Positions 9,008-19,104 of a stretch of 28,685 bases of DNA are shown one piece after another (the stretch's first letter is position 1; each line of letters begins with the position of its first letter). A program made the position numbers and the translations under genes. This DNA comes from Nitrospiraceae bacterium (GTDB lineage: Bacteria; Nitrospirota; Nitrospiria; Nitrospirales; Nitrospiraceae): the NCBI GenBank assembly GCA_050246315.1, contig JBFWWG010000023.1, positions 1 to 28,685 of the forward strand, read 5' to 3'. The notes under the pieces were generated by a model that was given only the letters and a program-made list of their open reading frames with translations, searched no databases and was not told where the DNA came from.

Positions 9008-9351
9008 GTTGGAGAGGATGAGGCGTGTCGGGTCTTGTGAGCGTGTTCGGTGATCCTCTTACGGACTATAGTATCTGGCGATTGGACAACGTGCAGACCG
9101 GAGAGTATGCCCACGTATCGTATGATCGTACGGGCACATTATCTCATCCGAGCAGGGACCTGGGGTCATGTGTTCGGTACCTTCCCACCCTGTGCCACTC
9201 TTCTGCAGGCCTATCTGTAGCGACCGTGCTCTCGCCATCCCGCGCCACTCGTTTCGGTTGATTCAATCCTCACAAGTTATTCCCGATCCCAGCCTGACAA
9301 CGGACCTGATTCGTCCGCCATTGGCGCGTTGAGATAACCAAGGAGGACACC

Positions 9352-9966
9352 ATGACATCCTCGAACACATGGGTGTGGGGAGCCGTCACACTCACGCTGG
9401 TTGTCGTCGCAACAACTGTAGCCCTTCCGGGAGCCGCGACGACCCCGAATCCGTCGGTTGGCACGAGCCTCCCGGTGGAAACGGTCGCAGACTATGTCCA
9501 TGCCGTGATCGAAGCGGACCGGGACGTATACACCAGAGACGTGGTTGAACGGATGCAGTCGAAGGGTATCGTGGTTGCCTTGGAAAACTGGACGGAGAAG
9601 AATACCCTGCCGCTGCCGGCCCAATTCCTGATGGAGTCGGGCAAACATATCGCGCGAAAGGGGATCGGCATACGATACCGGCTGATCAGTCTGTGGCCGA
9701 TCAACAAGCAGATTGCCGCGGCGGCCGGGTTTGAGGAGACAGGGCTTGGGACCTTCATCACGCAGCCCAACCGCCCGTATGTCGGATTCACCGAAGTCGG
9801 GGAGAGCCTCTATTTTCAAGCCATCTATGCCGATCGGGCGGTGACCCAAGCCTGTATCGGATGCCATAACGCGCACCCCAACAGCCCGAAGCGTGATTTT
9901 CAACTCGATGAGGTGATGGGCGGGATCGTGATCAGCATTCCACTTGGCCATCTGGATCGGGATTAG
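9352..9966 (+). CDS. DUF3365/Tll0287-like exported c-type heme protein
   Basis: AAGGAGG RBS, hydrophobic N-terminal signal, LPLPAQF, YRLISLWPIN, heme motif CIGCH and GEVMGG-like DEVMGGIVISIP. Confidence 0.88.
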   Translation: MTSSNTWVWGAVTLTLVVVATTVALPGAATTPNPSVGTSLPVETVADYVHAVIEADRDVYTRDVVERMQSKGIVVALENWTEKNTLPLPAQFLMESGKHIARKGIGIRYRLISLWPINKQIAAAAGFEETGLGTFITQPNRPYVGFTEVGESLYFQAIYADRAVTQACIGCHNAHPNSPKRDFQLDEVMGGIVISIPLGHLDRD

Positions 9967-10118
9967 GTTCGTAATCCCAGCATTCTCAGCAACGGCAGGA
10001 TGGCGTAGTAGTACACGCCGGCCAGGAGGACGAAGAGAACGATGAACCGTACGAGTTGGATCAGAATTCGCTGGCGGGGCGGAGAGGGCAAATCGGCGTC
10101 GGGAGGCTTATCCTGCAA
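9963..10118 (-). CDS. Small single-pass membrane protein (51 aa, or 42 aa if it starts at TTG 10091), immediately downstream of atpC
   Basis: Manual translation: MQDKPPDADLPSPPRQRILIQLVRFIVLFVLLAGVYYYAILPLLRMLGLRT*. The TTG directly follows the atpC TAA in the same frame. It exactly fills the gap, and its stop overlaps the convergent DUF3365 stop. Below the ORF-track cutoff. Confidence 0.6.
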   Translation of the reverse strand: MQDKPPDADLPSPPRQRILIQLVRFIVLFVLLAGVYYYAILPLLRMLGLRT

Positions 10119-10538
10119 TTAATGTCCGCCGCGGCGGGTCCGTTCGGCGATCTTTTTCCGCAGGCGGGCTTTTTCGAGGCTGATTTGGGCTTCTTTGAGT
10201 TCGGACGAGATCGTGCCGGCTTTCAAGCGGGCTTCGGCCTTTTCGACCGCCGCCTGCGCCCGCTCGATATCGATCTCTTCGGCCTTCTCGGCGATCTCTG
10301 CCAAAATGGTCACCTTGGCCGGGGTAACTTCGGCAAACCCCCAGAGGATGGACATGTAGCCGGTGCTGTTGCCGGAACGGTAGCGCAGTTCGCCGATCCT
10401 GAGCGTGGAAAGAAAATGGCAGTGGCCTGGCAACACCCCGAACTCGCCTTCCGAGCCGGGCGCGATGACCTCGTCCACCTCCTGGCTCAGGAGAAGTTTC
10501 TCCGGCGTCACGACCTCCAGCAATACCTTGCTTGCCAT
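10119..10538 (-). CDS. atpC: F1 ATP synthase epsilon subunit
   Basis: LEVVTPEK, PGSEGEFGVLPGH, GFAEV and the C-terminal helices DIERAQAAVEKAEARL. Confidence 0.97.
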   Translation of the reverse strand: MASKVLLEVVTPEKLLLSQEVDEVIAPGSEGEFGVLPGHCHFLSTLRIGELRYRSGNSTGYMSILWGFAEVTPAKVTILAEIAEKAEEIDIERAQAAVEKAEARLKAGTISSELKEAQISLEKARLRKKIAERTRRGGH

Positions 10539-10607
10539 ACCTGCCTTTTCTCTTCCTCACTCCACGGGTTTCTGAACCACGGGGGTTGGCCCCGAACTCA
10601 CTTGACC

Positions 10608-12169
<1,562 letters not shown>

Positions 12170-12191
12170 AGGGCACTTGTCGGTTCCGCGA

Positions 12192-13709
12192 TTACTTCGT
12201 CGTATATCCGTATTCCTGCTTGAAGGAGGTTAACATCTTCTTTAGTTCTCCGCCGAAGGCATCGTCGATCTTGCCCTTAGCGGTCACGTCCTGGCGGATC
12301 TGTTGATGCTTCTGCTTCACGTAGGCCAGGAAGTCCTCCTCAAATTGCCGGATCTTGTTGACCGGCACGTCGTCCAGGAACCCATTCACGCCGGCGAAAA
12401 TGGACAGCACCTGATCGCTCACCGACATCGGCTTGTACTGGCCTTGCTTCAAGAGTTCGACCATGCGCACGCCGCGATTGAGCTGCGCTTGCGTGGCCTT
12501 GTCGAGCTCACTGCCGAACTGCGCGAAGGCCGCCATCTCGCGATACTGCGCCAGGTCGAGGCGTAAGGTGCCGGCGACCTGTCTCATGGTCTTGATCTGA
12601 GCCGAGCCGCCGACCCGAGACACGGATAGGCCGACGTTGATGGCGGGCCGGATGCCCGAGTAGAAGAGATCGCTCGCCAAATAAATCTGCCCGTCGGTAA
12701 TCGAAATCACATTTGTGGGAATGTAGGCCGACACGTCTCCGGCTTGTGTTTCGATGATCGGCAAGGCCGTGAGACTCCCGCCGCCGAGCTTGTCGCTCAG
12801 CTTCGCGGCCCGTTCGAGCAATCGGGAGTGCAGGTAAAAGACATCGCCCGGATAGGCCTCACGGCCGGGAGGCCGGCGGAGCAGCAACGACAGTTGCCGA
12901 TAGGCTGCGGCATGCTTCGACAGGTCGTCATAGACGATCAAGGCATGCTTGCCGTTGTCTCTGAAGTATTCGCCCATCGCGACGCCGGCATAGGGGGCCA
13001 GGAATTGAAGGGAGGCGGCGTCGCTGGCTGTGGCGGAGACCACGGTGGTGTAGTCCATCGCGCCATGCTCTTCGAGCGTCTTGACCACGCGGGCGACGGT
13101 CGACCGCTTCTGTCCAATCGCCACGTAGACGCAGAAGACGTTCAGGCCTTTCTGATTGATAATCGTATCGACTGCAATGGCGGTCTTACCCGTCTGCCGG
13201 TCACCGATGATCAATTCGCGCTGGCCGCGGCCGATCGGAATCATCGCGTCGATGGCCTTGAGTCCGGTCTGGAGTGGCTCGCGGACTGACTGCCGCGTCA
13301 CAACGCCGGGGGCCACCACCTCGATCCGGCGCGTCTTATCGGATGTGATCGGCCCCTTCCCGTCGATCGGCTGGCCGATAGCATTCGTGACTCGTCCGAC
13401 GAGCGCCTCTCCAACGGGAACTTCCGCGATGCGGCCCGTTCGCTTGACCGGATCACCTTCCTTGATCCCCGTGTCCTCGCCCATCAACACGGCACCGACA
13501 TTGTCCTCTTCGAGGTTCAGCGCGATGCCATAGACGCTGCCGGGGAATTCCAACATTTCGCCCGCCATCGCCCCCTCAAGCCCATAGACCTTGGCGATGC
13601 CGTCTCCGACCTGGATGACGGAACCGCGCTCGCTGACATCGACGGCTTGGTCGAACCCCTTGATCTTTTCTTTAATGATTGAGCTGATTTCTTCGGCTTT
13701 GATCTGCAT
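12192..13709 (-). CDS. atpA: F1 ATP synthase alpha subunit
   Basis: [32 protein letters not shown] and [20 protein letters not shown]. Confidence 0.99.
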   Translation of the reverse strand: MQIKAEEISSIIKEKIKGFDQAVDVSERGSVIQVGDGIAKVYGLEGAMAGEMLEFPGSVYGIALNLEEDNVGAVLMGEDTGIKEGDPVKRTGRIAEVPVGEALVGRVTNAIGQPIDGKGPITSDKTRRIEVVAPGVVTRQSVREPLQTGLKAIDAMIPIGRGQRELIIGDRQTGKTAIAVDTIINQKGLNVFCVYVAIGQKRSTVARVVKTLEEHGAMDYTTVVSATASDAASLQFLAPYAGVAMGEYFRDNGKHALIVYDDLSKHAAAYRQLSLLLRRPPGREAYPGDVFYLHSRLLERAAKLSDKLGGGSLTALPIIETQAGDVSAYIPTNVISITDGQIYLASDLFYSGIRPAINVGLSVSRVGGSAQIKTMRQVAGTLRLDLAQYREMAAFAQFGSELDKATQAQLNRGVRMVELLKQGQYKPMSVSDQVLSIFAGVNGFLDDVPVNKIRQFEEDFLAYVKQKHQQIRQDVTAKGKIDDAFGGELKKMLTSFKQEYGYTTK

Positions 13710-13751
13710 CGCCTCTCCTTAGCCAACGCTTTTCGAGAACGCCTCCCCGTG

Positions 13752-14291
13752 CTACTCGCGCATGAGCAACGCTTTCATGCTGTTCAACCGGTTCCTCAGA
13801 GAACTGTCGTACACAGTGCTGCCGATCTTGATTTGCAGTCCGGCCAACAGGGCAGGATCCGTCTGTACCGCAAGTTCGACCTCGCGCTTGAGGGACGCGC
13901 GAAGCCGCGTTTTAAGCTGCTCAAGAGTCGATGGGTCCAGCGGTCTGGCCGACACGATTTCCACCGGTTGCGTCCCTTTGGACTGATCGACCATAGCGCC
14001 GAAGGCTTCAGCGATGTCCGGCAGAAGGACGACCCGGTTGGTCTTGACCAACTGACTCAAGAAATTTTGTCCCACCGGCGGGCAACCGGATCGTCGGCCA
14101 AGTTCCGTCAATACCCCGACTTTGTCATCAAGGGAAAAGGCGGGAGAGGCCATGACATGCTGAAGGTCTGTGGACTGTTGGAGGGCTCCTCCGACCGCCG
14201 TCAATGAGGTGCGTGCCTGCGCAAGATTGGCCGGGTCCAAGAGTTCGAACAGAGCTTTTGCGTAGCGGCGGGCTACCGATGTCTTCTTCAC
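13752..14291 (-). CDS. atpH: F1 ATP synthase delta subunit
   Basis: VARRYAKALF and DPALLAGLQIKIGSTVYDSSLRNRL. Confidence 0.96.
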   Translation of the reverse strand: MKKTSVARRYAKALFELLDPANLAQARTSLTAVGGALQQSTDLQHVMASPAFSLDDKVGVLTELGRRSGCPPVGQNFLSQLVKTNRVVLLPDIAEAFGAMVDQSKGTQPVEIVSARPLDPSTLEQLKTRLRASLKREVELAVQTDPALLAGLQIKIGSTVYDSSLRNRLNSMKALLMRE

Positions 14292-14369
14292 CGTTTATCC
14301 CGTTGTGTTGAAACGGCAGACCTGCCGTTGCAGGAGTTCTGCGTGCGGTGGGCACGACAAAAGCGGTGC

Positions 14370-14399
14370 AGCCTAGCATTCAGGAGCGCGGACTGTCAA
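14370..14399 (-). promoter_or_regulatory. sigma70 promoter of the F1 operon
   Basis: TTGACA (14399-14394), 18-nt spacer, extended -10 TGc-TAGGCT (14375-14370). Confidence 0.65.
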
Positions 14400-14449
14400 G
14401 AACGGGACTGCCCGATCGAGGATAGGCGGATGGACATCAATGGGTCGAT

Positions 14450-15550
14450 TCAGGAGGTGCAGACCGGCCGGACCGGACCGATGATTCCTCCTCCCAGGAC
14501 CCTGGACCCGTCATAGAAGACGGCGGACTGTCCCGGAGTCAGCGCGCGCTGCGGATGGTGAAAGCGTACGAGAAGGGCTCCCTCACCCATCGAGTCGATG
14601 GATGCAGAAGAAGCCGGCGTCGCATATCGGACCTTGACCTGGACGTCCTCTCCGCTACTCAGTTGTGTAGGATCAATAATGTGAAGGTCGCCGACCTCGC
14701 AGGCGTCCGAATAGAGCGACTCGTCCGGTCCCAGGACGACCACGTTCATCCTTGGCTCGACCTTCTGCACGTATAACCGTTGTCCAATGGCCACGCCGAG
14801 TCCACGGCGTTGCCCCGGTGTATAAAACGCAATGCCCTCGTGCTCACCAAGCACCCGCCCCTCGGCGTCCATGAACTGACCGGGACGATGGGCCTGAGGA
14901 GCCTCCCGTTCGAGAAACGTGCGGTAGTCGCCATGGCTGACGAAACAAATCTCCTGGCTCTCCTTCAGCTCATCGATCGGTAGCTCAAGCGCCTCGGCCT
15001 CACGCCATACGTCTGCCTTCTGCATTCCACCCAAGGGAAAGAGGGTTCTGGGGAGCCACGCCGGATCGATCCGATAGAGGAAATAGCTCTGATCTTTCCT
15101 GGCATCCAGGGCCCGGTGGAAGGTCCATCGGTCTTTCTCGCGGAGGATGCGGGCATAGTGGCCGGTCGCCACATAGTCCACCCCGCGCTCCTGCGCCAGT
15201 TCGACCAGGGTCCGCAGTTTCACCCGTTCGTTGCAGCGCACGCAGGGGTTGGGAGTGAGGCCGTTGATATACCCGCCGACAAAGTCGTCGATCACAGACC
15301 GGCGGAACCGCTCTCTGGTATCGATCACCTCATGGGGAATCTCAAGCCGCTTGGCGACAAACTTTGCAATGCCCACCTTGCAGCAGCCGCGTTCCTGCCA
15401 GCGCTTGGAGGCCGACACGGTCTCGTCCTCGTGTTCCCAGACCTGGAGCGTGACGCCCCGGACATCGTAGCCCTGGGCGACCAACAACGAGGCGGCGACG
15501 GAGCTATCCACTCCTCCGCTCATACCGAGCATCACAGTCTGGCGAGCCAT
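14450..15550 (-). CDS. mnmA: tRNA 2-thiouridine(34) synthase MnmA (CxxC type)
   Basis: PP-loop SGGVDSS, PNPCVRCN, ATGHYA, KDQSYFL, ESQEICF, YT.GQRRGLG and TPGQSAVFY. Confidence 0.97.
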   Translation of the reverse strand: MARQTVMLGMSGGVDSSVAASLLVAQGYDVRGVTLQVWEHEDETVSASKRWQERGCCKVGIAKFVAKRLEIPHEVIDTRERFRRSVIDDFVGGYINGLTPNPCVRCNERVKLRTLVELAQERGVDYVATGHYARILREKDRWTFHRALDARKDQSYFLYRIDPAWLPRTLFPLGGMQKADVWREAEALELPIDELKESQEICFVSHGDYRTFLEREAPQAHRPGQFMDAEGRVLGEHEGIAFYTPGQRRGLGVAIGQRLYVQKVEPRMNVVVLGPDESLYSDACEVGDLHIIDPTQLSSGEDVQVKVRYATPASSASIDSMGEGALLVRFHHPQRALTPGQSAVFYDGSRVLGGGIIGPVRPVCTS

Positions 15551-15573
15551 ATGTTCGGCGGGATTATACTGTG

Positions 15574-16014
15574 TCAGGCAAGCGCTTTACCACGATGGGC
15601 GGCGAGATCATGCACATTGGCAGGAAATTCAGGGTACTGGTCTCCGCTCTGTTCGACAGCCATATCGCACATCCCTTGGAACCGGGCTCCCTCTTCGATA
15701 GAGATATTAGGCGTCCGAATGTCGCCGACCAGAATACCGGGTTTGAGCAATTGCAGCTTATCGGTGGCCGTAACCGTCCCGTTGACCTTCCCGCTCATCA
15801 TGAGGACGCCGGCCGTGACGATCCCCTTGATGACCGCATTCTCCCCGACGACCAACGTCCCGGTAGTATGGATCTCCCCTTCCAGCCTGCCGTCGATGCG
15901 GACCGTCCCTTCGAAGTTGACGACCCCCTTGAAATGAGCGCCTTTCCCGAGAAAAGTGAAGTTTTCATCTTCTGTGACCGCCGCCCCTGATTTCTTTTCA
16001 CCTCGTATCCACAT
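15574..16014 (-). CDS. Bactofilin (polymer-forming cytoskeletal protein)
   Basis: Beta-helix repeats FLGKGAHFKG..VRIDGRLEGEI..LVVGENAVIKG..IEEGARFQG. GGGAGGAG RBS. Confidence 0.95.
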   Translation of the reverse strand: MWIRGEKKSGAAVTEDENFTFLGKGAHFKGVVNFEGTVRIDGRLEGEIHTTGTLVVGENAVIKGIVTAGVLMMSGKVNGTVTATDKLQLLKPGILVGDIRTPNISIEEGARFQGMCDMAVEQSGDQYPEFPANVHDLAAHRGKALA

Positions 16015-16075
16015 GTCCGCTCCTCCCTTTCACAATGTGTGACGGGGAGTGGGTCGGCGACCGGCTGAGGTTCCG

Positions 16076-16558
16076 TCAGCTAAAGGCGCCCGCCGCAACC
16101 ATGTTCTCTCCCGCAAGGGAGGTCGTCCTAGCCGGCGCCGACATTTCGATGGTGCCGTTGAACTGGACGCCTTCCTCCATGGAAAGCATAGGCGTTTCCA
16201 CTCCTCCATTGATCACGGCCGGTGCGCGCAGGGTGACTTTTTCCTTGGCCAGGATGTCGCCGGTGATCTGTCCCTTGCACACGATCGTCCCGGCCGTCAC
16301 CTTCGCCTTGATGACGGCATCTTCGCCGATCAGCAACGTGCCTTCGGTATGAATCTCGCCTTCGAGCGTACCGTCAATTCGGACTGTTCCGTGATAACTG
16401 ATCGTGCCTTTGAAATTGACGCCTTTCCCGACAAACGCGTTGATGCCCTCCAAGGCACCAGCTGGTTCGACCACGGCGCTCTGTCCGTTGGTCGCCCTCG
16501 CGAAATCGTCGCCCGGACCGGGCTGCCGCTTGTCATCGGTCTTGTCCTTGTTCCACAT
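16076..16558 (-). CDS. Bactofilin (polymer-forming cytoskeletal protein)
   Basis: FVGKGVNFKG..VRIDGTLEGEI..MEEGVQFNG. GGAGGTG RBS. Paralogue of the adjacent gene. Confidence 0.95.
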   Translation of the reverse strand: MWNKDKTDDKRQPGPGDDFARATNGQSAVVEPAGALEGINAFVGKGVNFKGTISYHGTVRIDGTLEGEIHTEGTLLIGEDAVIKAKVTAGTIVCKGQITGDILAKEKVTLRAPAVINGGVETPMLSMEEGVQFNGTIEMSAPARTTSLAGENMVAAGAFS

Positions 16559-16655
16559 GCGTCACCTCCGTTGAAGTATAACAAAGCATCGATTGAGCAC
16601 CAGGAAAAAGCAAAGTGTCGTCGCCGTATCGGCGGACGGACCGTAGAATGTCTCT

Positions 16656-17507
16656 TCACGCGAGTAAGATGTCAAGGAGTCTTTCCTGCTCTTGGGACGA
16701 AAAATAATGCAGCACGATGCGGCCGCCGTCCCCCGCCTTCTCAATGACGACCTTCGTACCGAGTTTTTTCTGCAACCGCGCTTCGAGATCCTGGAAAGCC
16801 GAAGCCGGAGTTCGATGGCGCGTCGTTCGTTTGTCGCGTACCTGCGTGGAGACCCGTCTCTCAGATTCACGAACCGACAATTGCCGCGCGGCAATCTCGC
16901 GGGCCAACCGCATCTGTGACTCCGCTGACGGCATCCCGAGCAGCACTTTTGCGTGACCGGCCGACAGCGTCCCGGCGGCCACCATCTGCTGGACCTCCTC
17001 GGGCAGATTGAGCAGGCGCAGGAGGTTCGCCACCGATGATCGCTCTCGGCCGACCCGCTGGGCGATCACATCTTGGGTCATTCCGAATTCGGTCGCCATC
17101 CGATGATAGGCGTGCGCTGTCTCCATCGGATTGAGGTCGTCCCGCTGGAGATTCTCGATGAGCGCCAGCGCCATCGCTTCGTCATCGCTACAATTCCTGA
17201 CCAGCGCCTTGATCGTGCCGTGCCCCGCCAACTCCGCCGCGCGCCATCGCCGCTCGCCCGAGATCAATTCGTAGAGACCGTCGCCTTTGCGGCGGACCAC
17301 GATCGGCTGGAGCAAGCCGTTCTGTCGCAGGGAATCCGCCAACTGCTCGAGTTCGCCCTCTGGGAAATGCCTTCGCGGTTGGAATCGATTGGGCAGAATA
17401 TGGTCCAACTCGATGTCGAGTACATCCTGTGACTCGGAAGCCGGCTTGGCCGGCGCCGTGGCCGGCAGCAAGGCATCAAGTCCTCTACCTAGAGCTTTCT
17501 TCTCCAT
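16656..17507 (-). CDS. parB: Chromosome partitioning protein ParB
   Basis: ParA-interacting N-terminus KALGRGLDALL, PNRFQPRR, GERRWRA (CTPase motif), ENLQRDDLNP and HTH RSSVANLLRLL. Confidence 0.98.
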   Translation of the reverse strand: MEKKALGRGLDALLPATAPAKPASESQDVLDIELDHILPNRFQPRRHFPEGELEQLADSLRQNGLLQPIVVRRKGDGLYELISGERRWRAAELAGHGTIKALVRNCSDDEAMALALIENLQRDDLNPMETAHAYHRMATEFGMTQDVIAQRVGRERSSVANLLRLLNLPEEVQQMVAAGTLSAGHAKVLLGMPSAESQMRLAREIAARQLSVRESERRVSTQVRDKRTTRHRTPASAFQDLEARLQKKLGTKVVIEKAGDGGRIVLHYFSSQEQERLLDILLA

Positions 17508-18261
17508 GACTCATGAGCTCCTTTGCGAATTCAAGATAGGCCTGTGCTCCGGCCGACCCGGCGTTGTAAAGGAGCGCCGGCCGCCCGTAGCTTGGCGCCT
17601 CCGCCAATGTGACGTTCCTGGGGATCATCGTCTTGAAGACCTTCTCTTTGAAGTGGGCGCGGACTTCCTCAGCTACCTGCTTGGCCAGGCTGTTCCGGAT
17701 ATCGAACATGGTGAGCAACACTCCCTCCAGCTCAAGGTGCTGGTTGAGACTTTGCCGGACACGCTCGACGTTTGACATGAGCCATCCAAGTCCCTCCATC
17801 GCGTAATACTCAGACTGCACCGGCACCAGGACCGAGGTGGCGGCGGCCAAGGCGTTGATCGTTAACAATCCAAAGGCTGGCGGACAGTCGATAATCACAT
17901 ATCGATAGTCGTTCAGTACCTGCTCAAGCACCCGCTTGAGCACCAACTCCCGAGACAGAACCTGGATCAGTTCAACTTCGGCTCCAGCCAATTCTCTATT
18001 GGCTGGCAGAACGGCTAGTTGCGGCACTCCAGCCTGAACGATCACCTCAGATGCCCTAGCCGATCGCATCAGGCAATCATAGATGGACTTGGTGAGTTCT
18101 TTCGGCAACACGCCGAGACCACTCGTGGCATTGGCTTGAGGGTCCATATCGACAAGCAAGGTGGGAGCCCCATTGATTGCGAGGTAGGCGGCCAAATTGA
18201 TGGAGGTCGTCGTTTTTCCAACTCCTCCCTTCTGATTGGCGACAGCGATCAGACGGGTCAT
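17485..18261 (-). CDS. parA: Chromosome partitioning ATPase ParA (Soj)
   Basis: Deviant Walker A NQKGGVGKTT, DMDPQANAT, IIDCPP and PRNVTLAEAPSYG. ATG at 18261 is preferred for RBS spacing; the alternative is 18270. Confidence 0.97.
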   Translation of the reverse strand: MTRLIAVANQKGGVGKTTTSINLAAYLAINGAPTLLVDMDPQANATSGLGVLPKELTKSIYDCLMRSARASEVIVQAGVPQLAVLPANRELAGAEVELIQVLSRELVLKRVLEQVLNDYRYVIIDCPPAFGLLTINALAAATSVLVPVQSEYYAMEGLGWLMSNVERVRQSLNQHLELEGVLLTMFDIRNSLAKQVAEEVRAHFKEKVFKTMIPRNVTLAEAPSYGRPALLYNAGSAGAQAYLEFAKELMSHGEESSR

Positions 18262-18315
18262 GCTGTGCATCCCTTTTGGGTGGTCTCGCCTCGCATTTTT
18301 CTGACATCCCCGTGA

Positions 18316-18331
18316 TGTTCCACGTGGAACA
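18316..18331. promoter_or_regulatory. parS centromere site
   Basis: TGTTCCACGTGGAACA, a perfect match to the parS consensus, inside a 20-bp perfect palindrome (18314-18333) between rsmG and parA. Confidence 0.95.
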
Positions 18332-18361
18332 TCCAGACTTTCTCCTTAATGATCCACCGTC

Positions 18362-19030
18362 TCAAGACCGAGCATTCCTTCCCAGCACGATCAGCCTCCG
18401 GTCCCCAAGACCAAAGGGGAGTTGATAGGGCACCTGATCGATAAGCACCAGAGGAGGATCGACTAAGTGAGGTGACCATGGATCTGTGCCATAGACAATC
18501 AGGCGATCACCCGGGTTCAATAGGGATGAAAAATGACGAAGCCGACCTTCAATCCTTAACCCTCTGACGACAATGGAGATCGACCCATCCATACCCCGAT
18601 CCTGGCGTGAAATATGTTCAATTTTCATATTTAAAACATGCACTTGCGACAATTTCAACAGTCCAGCCATGTGGAGAAGGAACGCGACCTTTTTGCCGCT
18701 TGGCTCGACCATGGTAAGAGGGAGCTCAGGGAGCACGATTTTGAGCGGAATCCCCGGAAACCCTCCTCCGCTTCCTACGTCTACCATCCGCCTTGTCTGC
18801 TGAGTCCGTAGCGCAATCACCCCATAAAGCGAATCGAAAAAGTGCTTGATCGCGATATCTTGCGGCTCTGTAATCGCCGTCAGGTTGATTTTTTCGTTCC
18901 AACAGCTCAGTTGGTCAGCAAGCGTGGCAAATTGATCGAATTGTGTCTGCGTGAGCGTGAGCCCGATGAGGTGAACATGATCAGCGAGACAGGCTGAAAC
19001 AATCTCGCCGAAATGTTCCACGTGGAACAT
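18362..19030 (-). CDS. rsmG: 16S rRNA m7G527 methyltransferase RsmG (GidB)
   Basis: WNEKINLTAI, KHFFDSL, SAM motif VDVGSGGGFPGIPL and KKVAFL. Lies between mnmG and parA. The start is uncertain because MFHVEH is simply the parS translation. Confidence 0.92.
   Translation of the reverse strand: MFHVEHFGEIVSACLADHVHLIGLTLTQTQFDQFATLADQLSCWNEKINLTAITEPQDIAIKHFFDSLYGVIALRTQQTRRMVDVGSGGGFPGIPLKIVLPELPLTMVEPSGKKVAFLLHMAGLLKLSQVHVLNMKIEHISRQDRGMDGSISIVVRGLRIEGRLRHFSSLLNPGDRLIVYGTDPWSPHLVDPPLVLIDQVPYQLPFGLGDRRLIVLGRNARS
19014..19029. promoter_or_regulatory. parS centromere site
   Basis: TGTTCCACGTGGAACA (18-bp palindrome at 19013-19030), overlapping the 5' end of rsmG. Confidence 0.95.
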
Positions 19031-19104
19031 CTACTTGAATCTGCCAGGGAGGTCAAGACGGGAAATGATGGAACAGACAGGAATTATGAGTGCCGATGAT
19101 CAGC

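Noticed and set aside
8947..9114. N-terminal extension of the antitoxin ORF
   Set aside because: It spans the predicted promoter and RBS; Phd similarity starts near 8946.
10108..10560. 150-aa ORF overlapping atpC in another frame
   Set aside because: Arg/Gly-rich alternate-frame artefact with no family features.
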